Shown: one piece after another, positions 32,913 through 42,622 of the stretch
Layout of the letters: each line of letters opens with the position of its first letter
How positions within the stretch are numbered: position 1 is the first letter of the stretch
Source: Scyliorhinus canicula
Taxonomy: Eukaryota
NCBI RefSeq assembly: GCF_902713615.1
Contig: NC_052158.1
Location: 43,177,159 to 43,241,158 of the forward strand
Reading direction: 5' to 3'
DNA length: 64,000 nucleotides
Notes under the pieces: generated by a model
What the model was told of the DNA's origin: nothing
Database searches by the model: none
Seen by the model: only the letters and a program-made list of their open reading frames with translations
Program-made: the position numbers and the translations under genes

Positions 32913-35900
32913 TGTGTTGTTCCTCGTGTCTTAATAAAGCTCGCAGTCTCAAGTGTGGAGAAGATGCTTTATTGTGGGTTCGTTCAGTTTCCAGAGCTCG
33001 ACCTAGAACTACCTTCCAGTGCTAACTACCAGCTTTGCTTGCTGTGTGTCCTGCTTACCAGCCCGCCTGCTGTGAAGAGTGTGTCCTCACTTCCTGTCCT
33101 GATCTATTTATCTGGCTCTCCCGTGCTCCCTCTAGTGGTCGCTCAGTTGTGTTGCATCTGGTTAACTTGTGATCACCACATCCCCCTTTTTCTCTTAACA
33201 TATTTTCTGAACATCGTTAAAGAAAATTGTACATCCTGTCCCAGTGTATTTATAGCTCTCCCGCTCGTGTTTGCTCTGTTGTTTTTGTATCTGGTCAATC
33301 TACGATCACCACATCCCCCTCTTTCTCATTACATAGTTTCTGTACATCATTAAGGAAAATTATACAAAACAGTAACTTATGATATGCGTATCTATACAAG
33401 TGATGATGCTATTGCCTTGGTTAACAAAGCCAATGTATTTATATGTCCAAACTTAATAAACACATTTATGAGTCCAAACTTGATGAATTTGTTCAGAGCT
33501 TTTTTTTTTTTTTCTTTTTGTTGTTGATGACGTGGTGATATTGATATTGCAAGTCCGCTGTGAATATTGTTGGTGTTCCTTGTTATCTTAAGTACCCAAT
33601 GCGTCATCCCGAGGTGTTTGCATGGTCACATCACTGATGTTGACTGGCATGGACTTTTTTTTGTGCTTGTGGTGTTGATTTATTGTCTCATCCGCCTTGG
33701 ATGCTGGTGTGCTTGCTTGTTCTGGAGCAGACGTGAGTTTGTGCGATTCGTTGTCATCCCATGACATGTTTGTAGTCTTGTTATCATTTTGCAGTGTGCT
33801 GTGGCATCGTCCATCATGTGCCAAGTAGTGCCATTGTGTACAAGTCGTTGTTTCATTGCTGTTGTTTCTGTCGTTCCTGTTTTTGTTGTTTCCGTTGCCG
33901 TACTTGTCGCTGTTTTTGTCGTTTCCGTCTTTGTTGTTGTCGCTATCTTTGCTCCTGACTTTGTTGTGTTTGTTGCCATTCTTGTTGTTTCTGCCTCTGT
34001 CGTTGTCGCTATCTTTGTGCCTGACGTTGTTGTTTGTCTTGTTGCGCTTCATGTTGCTTTTATTCTTGCTGTTGTCGTTCTCGTTTCTGCTGTGCTTCTT
34101 GCTATTGTTGTTGGTCTTGTCGCGCTTCATGTTGTTTTTGTTCTTGCTGTGTTTCTTTTGACTTTTGTTTTTCTTGTTATACTCTATGAGTGTCCCGAGT
34201 GGATAATTTGAGTCATTGAGCATTCCGTCTCGCGAGTGGTGCGAATGATCTGATGTTGCATCGGTGCAGGTGACATCAATCAGTTGTGGAGAATTGGATT
34301 CCGCATCTTTGCTTTCTTGGTGCTCGTCTTCCGGAGTCAAAGTCTTCTTGATCACATTTGACGCGGTGTCTGTGGACTCTCGGCGCTCCTCTTCTGGAGT
34401 CCAAATCTGCATGATTTCAGTTAACGTGGTTTCTCTAGACTCTTGGTGCTCCGCTTCTGGAGTTAAAATCTTCATGATTTCTGTTGATGTTATCTCACTG
34501 GACTCCAGGTGCTCCTCTTCTGGAGTCAAAATCTGCATGGTTTCTTTTTGTTTGATGTCTCTGGACTCCAGGTGCTCCTCTTCTGGAGTCAGAATCTGCA
34601 TGGTTTCTTTCGGCATTGTCTCTGTGGACTCCAGGTGCTCCTCTTCTGGAGTCAAAATCTGCATGTTTTCTTTTGGCGTTGTCTCTCTGGACTGTTGGGT
34701 GGCCCGACTCTGTGCTTCTGTACAGACAAGCTGAGAACTGTCAGTCTCACTGTGATCCTGTACGTCGAGTGCGAGCACCTTGTCACTGTTTTCGCTCTGT
34801 GCTTCGGTACAGACAAGCTGAGAACTGTCAGTCTCACTGTGATCCTGTACGTCGAGTGCGAGCACCTTGTCACTGTTTTCGCTCTGTGCTTCGGTACAGA
34901 CAAGCTGAGAACTGTCAGTCTCACTGTGATCCTGTACGTTGAGTGTGATCACCTTGTCACTGTCTTCGCATGCAGTGGGCAGAGGTGCATTGTCTTCTTC
35001 TTGTTCCTGTGAGCGTGTTGGACTTTCATAGTCCGCTCTTTCTTCTTGTTCCTGTGAGCGTGTTGGACTTTCATAGTCTGCTTTTTCTTCTTGTTCCTGT
35101 GAGCGTGTTGGACTTTCATAGTCCGCTCTTTCTTCTTGTTCCTGTGAGCTTGGTAGACTTTCATAGTCTGCTTGCGGTTGCTCAGGTACAGCGGGTTTAT
35201 CTTCATGGTCTTGTTCATGCTTGGTGTCCGCCCGGGAGTGTTTGCTTGCATCCCTGTTGGCGTCTTTCATCACTCGCACTGTGGAGCCTGTCATCGCTCG
35301 CTCCGTGGAGTCTTCCTGTGCTCTCTGTGTGGCGTCGTCTTCGTCTTGGGTATTGCTGTCATCCAATGTATCGACGAGCTGCCATGGCACCATGGTGTTG
35401 GATTCATCCACCATGAGTAGAGTCGTGTTGAGCTTTGCAACGGTGTCGCTGATGCTGTGATCAGCATGTCCAAATAACTCCTCCATGTCTGAGTAGTATT
35501 CTTTGAAACCCATTTCACCTTCGTTGGCTTCTTCTACCACGAGTTGATTCGTGTTGAACTTTGCGACCGTGTCGCTGATGCTGTGATAAGCATATCCGAC
35601 TGACTCAGCCATGTCTGAGTAGTATTCTCCGAAAACCAAATCATCCTGGTTGGATTCTTCTACCACGAGTTGATTCGTGTTGAACTTTGCGACCGTGTCG
35701 CTGATGCTGTGATAAGCATATCCGACTGTCTCAGCCATGTCTGAGAGGTAATCTTCGAAAAACAAATCATCTTGGTTGGATTCATCTACCACGAGTTGAT
35801 TCGTGTTGAACTTTGCGACCGTGTCGCTGATGCTGTGATAAGCATATCCGACTGACTCAGCCATGTCTGAGTAGTATTCTTTGAAAACCAAATCATCTTG

Positions 35901-37562
35901 GTTGGATTCATCTACCACGAGTTGGTTCGTGTTGTGCTTTGCGACCGTGGCGCTGATGCTGTGATAAGCATATCCGACTGACTCAGCTATGTCTGAGTAG
36001 TATTCTTCGAAAACCAAAGCATTTTGGTTGGATTCATCTACCACGAGTTGGTTCGTGTTGTACTTTGCGACCGTGTCGCTGATGCTGTGATAAGCATGTC
36101 CGACTGACCCAGTCAGGTCTGAGAGGTAATCGTCGAAAAACAAATCATCTTTTGTTGTTTCGGAATTCTTTTTGTTCGCTTCACTGTGTGTGGTGAAGGC
36201 AGCTTTTTCCAAGGTTTTGTGCAAGTTGTTTTTCACTGTTGGTTTAAGTTCAGGCGTTTTTTTTGTGTTCTGAGGCAAGAAAATTTGGTTTTACCACTTT
36301 AAGTGTCTTGTTTTCAATTTTCGGGCATTTCCCTTTTAAGTGGGCGTGGTCAGGATTCTCAGACGTCATGACGTCACGCGTAGGAACGACTTGCACATGC
36401 GCAAATCGGCTTTCTTTCCTTGTGCGGTTCGGTGTCCATTGCGCATGCGCGGCTTGCGCATGCGCATGACGGTCCGCGACGAAGACTTTTTTTGACTGCG
36501 CATGCGCGGCTTGCGCATGCGCATAACGATCGGCGCCGCGATCTTTTGTAAACTGCGCATGCGCGACTTCCGGTTCCGGCGCACGCGCGACTTCCGGTTC
36601 CGGCGCATGCGCAACTTCCGGTTCCGGCGCATGCGCAGACGCAATTTGTAGTTCTTTGCTTACCAGAGACTGCAAAATGTGCTCCAACGCCATTTTATCG
36701 CGGATTTCAGCGTTTTTTCTTTCTAAAAGTTGTAAGTTACCTTTTCTTACCGATCTGGACTGGATTTCAGCGTTTTGGCTTTGTGAAAAATTCATGTTAT
36801 TTCTTCTTTTTGATCTGTACTGTGCATTCGCGATTTCCTGATCTTTTTGTGATTTTTTAAGTCTTGCATCACTCAGTCTCTGTGCAGGTTGGACTGTGAG
36901 CATGCCTTGCTGTTCAAATTTCTCACAGTACTCTTCAAATTTGTTTAGTAACGTTTGTAAGCTGTTCCTGTCTTCACCTTTTGAGTGTTTAAGTCCATTA
37001 TACACTTTCCTATTGACAGGCCCTTCGATGAGAATTGCTATTTTAATTTTGTCTGAGACTTCTGCAACATCATTAGCTATGAGATAAAAATCGAACATTT
37101 GTTTAAACCTTTTCCAGACATTTCTTACATTACCAGTCGTGTCCAGCTGAGGTGGGTATCCATGCCACATCCTCGAATTAGCGATGTCTTCCCCAGTCAA
37201 ATGTCCAGTAGGAGATTTCCATGCCATTTTGTGCTTTCTGTATCTGCAGCTGAGTTGTCCTGTCGTAAGCGTCCTGAAATCACTGCTGGTACCATGTGTT
37301 GTTCCTCGTGTCTTAATAAAGCTCGCAGTCTCAAGTGTGGAGAAGATGCTTTATTGTGGGTTCGTTCAGTTTCCAGAGCTCGACCTAGAAATACCTTCCA
37401 GTGCTAACTACCAGCTTTGCTTGCTGTGTGTCCTGCTTACCAGCCCGCCTGCTGTGAAGAGTGTGTCCTCACTTCCTGTCCTGATCTATTTATCTGGCTC
37501 TCCCGTGCTCCCTCTAGTGGTCGCTCAGTTGTGTTGCATCTGGTTAACTTGTGATCACCACA
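32913..37562 (-). mobile_element. Non-autonomous Gag-only LTR element, copy A2 (4650 bp)
   Basis: 268-bp LTRs 32913-33180 and 37295-37562 (1 mismatch); TSD GCTGG (32908-32912, 37563-37567); same PBS and PPT as A1. Confidence 0.95.
33588..37227 (-). CDS. ~1212-aa Gag-repeat-tail protein of A2, split by a +1 nt change in an A8 run near 36257-36264
   Basis: ORFs 36250-37227 (325 aa) and 33588-36278 (896 aa) join into the A1 homologue if one base is removed from the homopolymer. Confidence 0.75.
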
Positions 37563-38521
37563 GCTGGAATGTCAGGTTTTATGCAGAAGGTCTCATTGGT
37601 GATGTCGCAGTGTGCTGTGCCGTACTGGTATTGCTTTAGGGAGGTGGTCAGGCAGTATTCTCCTGCTCTCTTGTATGCTACTCGGGTGATGTCTGTGTCC
37701 AGGCTGCATGCCTCTCCATTACATTTTAAAGTAGCGTTTGTCTGAAAGCCACACAAAGCATGCTCATTCAAATAGACTGGCTAGGAGCATGCAATGATTT
37801 TGTCAGTTTGCAGATACCTGTCGAGAGTAGTGCCTCCCTTCCTTCTCCACTGCGTACGGTAGAGTGCCGCTGTGTCCTGTCCAAATGTCATTATGAATTG
37901 TCCCTATGTTTTCTACTTCGAACACCCTCAATCCAGTCAGGTCATCTATTATGATGGGGGGCCCTAAAGTCATCCCCAAAGCTTTCCCAGGAGTTCCTCT
38001 GCAATCGTCATTTGAACCACACCTTTGTCAATTGCCTCATCTGGCAGCCAGATCATTTTGGATGTTTCCTCCGAATAAGTGTTCCATTTGCTCATCACTG
38101 ATCCACAATGGAATATGTCCCCTATGGACCTGATCTAGGTTCTCCCTTAACTGTTCAATCATCCACTGCTCATACACGATGCAAAGAGCCCAGTTCTGCT
38201 GCTGGTCATTGTCCTCTAATTTCTCTTTTATAATGTAATGAACTCCAATTGGCTTTATTGGTTGGCCAATTGGAGTATGAGCTCCCTCAATGATAGCTCA
38301 TTGAGGGGGCCCATATAATCACCTGTGTAGGCTTTGTGAGCCAGTCTTTAGTTGACTGGACTGCTAGCAGCACTGTTTGTAGCTGCTCCTGTAATATCGT
38401 TATTGTAAATAAATATTGGTGTGGTGACGGAACTACTGCCTCCTGTGGATTACTACAGTGGCGACGAGTTTTTGCGGAGACCAGCTGCCGCACTCGGAGG
38501 GTAAGCCTTGCCATTTTAAAA

Positions 38522-39067
38522 ATGCCGTTTTTTGGGAGGTTAGAGGCATTCGACCCGGCTATTGAGGACTGGTCCCAGTATGTGGAGAGAATGTGTTACT
38601 TCTTCCGGGCAAATGATATACTGACGGTCGAAAGGAGACGGCTTATCCTGCTGTCGGCGTGCGGACCCTCCGCTTTCGTCATTATACGTAGTCTGACTTA
38701 TCCCGATGCGCCGGACACGAAAACTTTCCAAGAAGTAACGGAATTGGAGAAAGAGCACTACGACCCAAAACCACCCCTCATTTTGCGTTGGTACAGATTC
38801 TACACAGCGAAGCGGGAAGACAGGGAGTCAGTCACGAATTTCTTGACCCGCCTGAGAAGGCTGGCAGAAAAATGTGAGTTCGGCCCGACGCTAAATGAAA
38901 TGCTTCGGGACCGGTTAGTGTGTGGTATAAACAACCTCACAATACAGAAACGCCTGTTGGCGAAAACTGAGCTAGACTGCAGGCAGGCGTTACAGCTCGC
39001 ACTGTCCCTAGAAAAGGCAGCAAGTGGGGCGCAGGAACTACAGGGCACGCCAGTTAGATACCTGTGA
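38522..39067 (+). CDS. gag: Gypsy Gag of element C (frameshifted at the 3' end)
   Basis: MPFFGRLEAFDPAIEDWSQYVERM...LRRLAEKCEFG..LNEMLRDRLVCGINN. Confidence 0.85.
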   Translation: MPFFGRLEAFDPAIEDWSQYVERMCYFFRANDILTVERRRLILLSACGPSAFVIIRSLTYPDAPDTKTFQEVTELEKEHYDPKPPLILRWYRFYTAKREDRESVTNFLTRLRRLAEKCEFGPTLNEMLRDRLVCGINNLTIQKRLLAKTELDCRQALQLALSLEKAASGAQELQGTPVRYL

Positions 39068-39784
39068 GAGGGACTACCACAACGGGTCCTGCTACCAGAT
39101 AGCTGCTCTCAGGAAAAACCTGAGGAATAGAGGGAAAAAGGAAAACCCCAGAACTGCCCCCAAGTCTGCCAGGACTAACTGGAGACAGAGGGAAGTACCG
39201 GCTGAGGCTCCCCCAACAGAGAAGGACCGTTTCTGGCACCAGACAGAGTGGGGTAACAACGACAGAAACCCTAGAAGGAGGTGGCAAAAGAGGAATAGCA
39301 GGTGGGGATGCAGGGAAGTACGCAACTTGGACGCCCCATCCTCCTCCGAAGGGGAACAATTATATAATATTACAACGAAGATAGCAGGCCCCATTAGGAT
39401 TACCCCACGGGTGAACGGGCAGCCGACAATAATGGAAATAGACATGGGTGCGGCCGTATCAGTAATGGGAGTGGCAGCATTTAGACTCCAGCCACTAACC
39501 CTAACAAAAACATCGACAAAACTTAAAACCTACACGGGGGAACCCCTGGAAGTTCTAGGCACGACTCATGTACCTGTGAAATATGAGAAACAATTGCTCA
39601 GATTACCGTTGACGATAGTAGAGGGCTCCGGACCGAGCTTAATTGGACGGAACTGGCTGAAAGACCTAAAATTGGATTGGATGAAGATTTTCCAGAGTGG
39701 AAGCGGGCAGTTGAGTGGAGTACTCCAAAAATACCCGGAGGTCCTCCAGGAAGGTTTGGGGGAAATCATAGGCGCCAAAGCAAC

Positions 39785-40300
39785 TTTATGGGCTCAATGT
39801 TTTTGGTGATAGTGGACGCCCACTCCAAATGGTTGGACGTCCACCGGGTAAACACGACAAGCACAGCATCGACAATTGAAAAGCTCAGGGCCTCGTTTGC
39901 AACACATGGACTTCCGGAGGTATTGGTGTTGGACAACGGAACGGCGTTCACAAGTGGGGAATTTGGAAAATTCCTGAAGGAAAACGGAGTCCATCACATC
40001 AAAACGGCCCCTTACCATCCAGCAACCAACGGCCTGGCAGAGAGAGCGGTCCAGACACTTAAAGCGGGACTCAAGAAGCAGCCGGCAGTGTCAATAGACA
40101 CAAAGCTCTCTCACTGGCTGTTTGATTACAGGACCACACCGCATTCCACAACGGGCATACCTCCAGCTGAACTCTTAATGGGAAGGCGGCTGCGAACGAG
40201 GCTTAGTCTCCTTTTCCCAAATTTAACGGGGAAAGTGGAGAAACAACAGGAGGCCCAACGCAGGGGGCATGATAATAGTCGGCAGCAGAGACATTTCTAG
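39785..40300 (+). pseudogene. pol: Gypsy integrase core of element C
   Basis: FLVIVDAHSKW...GLPEVLVLDNG...PYHPATNGLAERAVQTLK. Confidence 0.88.
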
Positions 40301-40697
40301 GTTGGGGCACCGGTTTAGGTCAAGAATTATGGGAATGGACCAACATGGGTCAAAGGCACGGTAGAGTCCCAAACAGGGCCCATATCCTATGAGGTTTCAA
40401 TAGGAGGTAAGGTGCTGAAGAAACACCTAGACCAAATAAGGGCAGCGGAAACCACACCTGGAGGCAGGCGAAGCAGGACTGCCTCAAGCTGGGATAGCCC
40501 AGACGGAAAGGATACCCACACCCCAGCCCCGAGCAATTTCTCCAGACCCCGTCATCCAGTCATCAGAGTCAGAGATGGACACACTCGACGAGGCCGCCGC
40601 GACACCTCTCCCCAAGGAGGAGAAAGAACAACTTCCAAGGAGGTCGTCAAGGAAAAGACGGGCACCTATAAGGTACACCCCTCCCACTTTGGAGAAC

Positions 40698-40881
40698 AGT
40701 AAGAAGTCTTACAACACCAGGTTAAAGTCCAACAGGTTTGTTTCAAACACGAGCTTTCGGAGCACGGCTCCTTCTTCAGGTGAACGACCTGATAGACTCT
40801 TTGGAGTCTATCTCTTTCTGACTTTGGAGTCTATCTTGGAGTTTGGAGTCTATCTAGACTTTGGAGTCTATCTGAACGACT
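40698..40881 (-). mobile_element. Penelope-type terminal insert plus templated filler, inside element C
   Basis: 11-bp TSD CTTTGGAGAAC (40687-40697, 40882-40892); first ~88 nt match 2930-3019. Confidence 0.85.
40748..40782 (-). ncRNA. Minimal type I hammerhead ribozyme (intact core)
   Basis: CAC-CUGAAGA-A-GGAGC-CGU-GCUCC-GAAA-GCUC-GUG: 3-bp stem I, 5-bp stem II, palindromic AGCU replacing stem III. Confidence 0.7.
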
Positions 40882-42282
40882 CTTTGGAGAACGACCCGGC
40901 GGACGACAAAGAGGTGACAGACCCGGACATGAGGAGCAGGAAGAAGCTCAGAGGAATGCCAGCTGGCAGGAATTCCTCAGACCTTGGGGAGGGGGGGGGA
41001 GGGGTGTAATGAACTCCAATTGGCTTTATTGGTTGGCCAATTGGAGTATGAGCTCCCTCAATGATAGCTCATTGAGGGGGCCCATATAATTACCTGTGTA
41101 GGCTTTATGAGCCAGTCTTAAGTTGACTGGACTGCTAGCAGCACTGTTTGTAGCTGCTCCTGTAATATCGTTATTGTAAATAAATATTGATGTGGTGACG
41201 GAACTCCTGCCTCCTGCTTACTACATATAATTTGATTGATGGTCCAAGCATGTCCTTCTAACATGGCTACTATGTGGCTGTTAGCTGCGTTCCCTGTCAG
41301 TTCTCCCTCAGCATGTTGTTGGTTGTTTTTGTTTATTAAATCTAGAGTCTGTTTAACCTGGCGGGTCAGCACCTGAGTTTGTTGTCTAAATTTGCCAAAT
41401 CGAGGGAGTTAATGGTTGAGATTCCTGCTCCATAAGCTGTAGCTGCGTCATTTACCAATCCGCTTTTCACCCTGTCCTGCCTTTCGTCCATCCCAATCTT
41501 GCGTCCTAGTAGCCTACGGATCGAGTGGAAGTATAATCGTTTCAGTTGGGGAGAGCATCACTCTGGTAGTTGAGTCCCAGCTATACCACCACAGGTACCA
41601 ATTAGTGGTGGATTTTGTCGGACAGGATTTTCCCTGTGGGTTTTAGCACCAATCCATTTTGTGGCCCGTGGGTGGTCTCAGGACAAATGGAGTGTGGGGT
41701 GTCTGGGGCTGACTTACGTCCTGTCTTGATTTTCGTACAGGGCAAAATTACCCTCTATGAGTGTCTGGGGACATCTTTGCCCAAGTTCCAATCCTTTCTC
41801 GGAGCTATTAGCTAAACATCTAATTTTGGGACACCAATTACTTGAAAATCCTCACCAATTCCCTTTTTCTGTGACACTTATGTAACATTCCGATGAGGTC
41901 CCGTTGGGGTTTTGTATATTGCCGTTTGATTGGGGCACCCGAACATAATACTTTTATTGGCTGTATCCACAGCAGACCATGCTCACATTTCCCTGCACTA
42001 GGTGGAGCAAACATAGACACCCTGGGTACAGAAAGTTCATATTGCCCTGGGGTCTGAGTCCAACGATTCCGGTGATGAAGATTGTGATGATGATGACTCC
42101 AGGCTTCATCCTGTGTTTATCGTCCGTGGGTGTGCTGGGAGATCAAGCATAGTGTCTGTTATTATCGCACGCTTAATGTCTGCATTTTATTTCATTCATT
42201 CCATGTTGTCACTATGTGTGACTCCCCTTTTTGAAATATGTTTCTGAACCCAACACAGCCTTTTTATGGCTGAGGCTTAGAG

Positions 42283-42622
42283 TGGTCAGTAGCACAGTGG
42301 TTATTACAGTTGCTTCACAGCTCCAGGGTCCCAGGTTCAATTCCCAGCTTGGGTCACTGTCTGTGCAGAGTCTGTACGTACTCCCTGTGTGTGCGTGGGT
42401 TTCCTCTGGGTGCTCTGGTTTCCTCCCACAGTCCAAAGATGTGCGGGTTAGGTGGTTTGGCCATGCTAAATTGCCCTCAGTGTCCAAAAAAGTTGGGTGG
42501 GGTTGCTGCTTTAAGGGGATGGGGTGGAGGCGTAGGCTTAAGTGGGGTGCTCATTACAGGGGCCAGTGCAGACTCAATGGGCTGAGTGGCCTCCTTCTGC
42601 ACTGTAAATTCTATGATTCAAT
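42283..42622 (+). mobile_element. tRNA-derived SINE (HE1/V-SINE-like)
   Basis: Head and core similar to 48676-49030; CR1-type tail. Confidence 0.8.

Larger units (their letters stand above)
38234..41225 (+). mobile_element. Internally deleted Gypsy LTR retrotransposon (element C)
   Basis: LTRs 38234-38457 and 41005-41225 (TG...CA, ~6 differences); TSD TATAA; PBS TGGCGACGAG resembling tRNA-Ser(GCT); G-rich PPT; gag, protease (IDMGAAVSV) and integrase; RT and RNase H deleted at ~39780. Confidence 0.93.
32454..42190 (-). pseudogene. env: Class I fusion glycoprotein (env) remnant in three pieces: ~41226-42190, 37563-38233, 32454-32912
   Basis: GLVLKPTGKIL; RVKS|GLVNDAATAYGAGISTINSLDL (decayed furin site and fusion peptide); heptad; WALCIV..W..QLRENL..V.RGHIP; FEVENIG; EYCLTT; heptad; TWWDDFWDWG; TM helix LAVVLILFTLIYLIVLTV; short tail. 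Confidence 0.78.
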
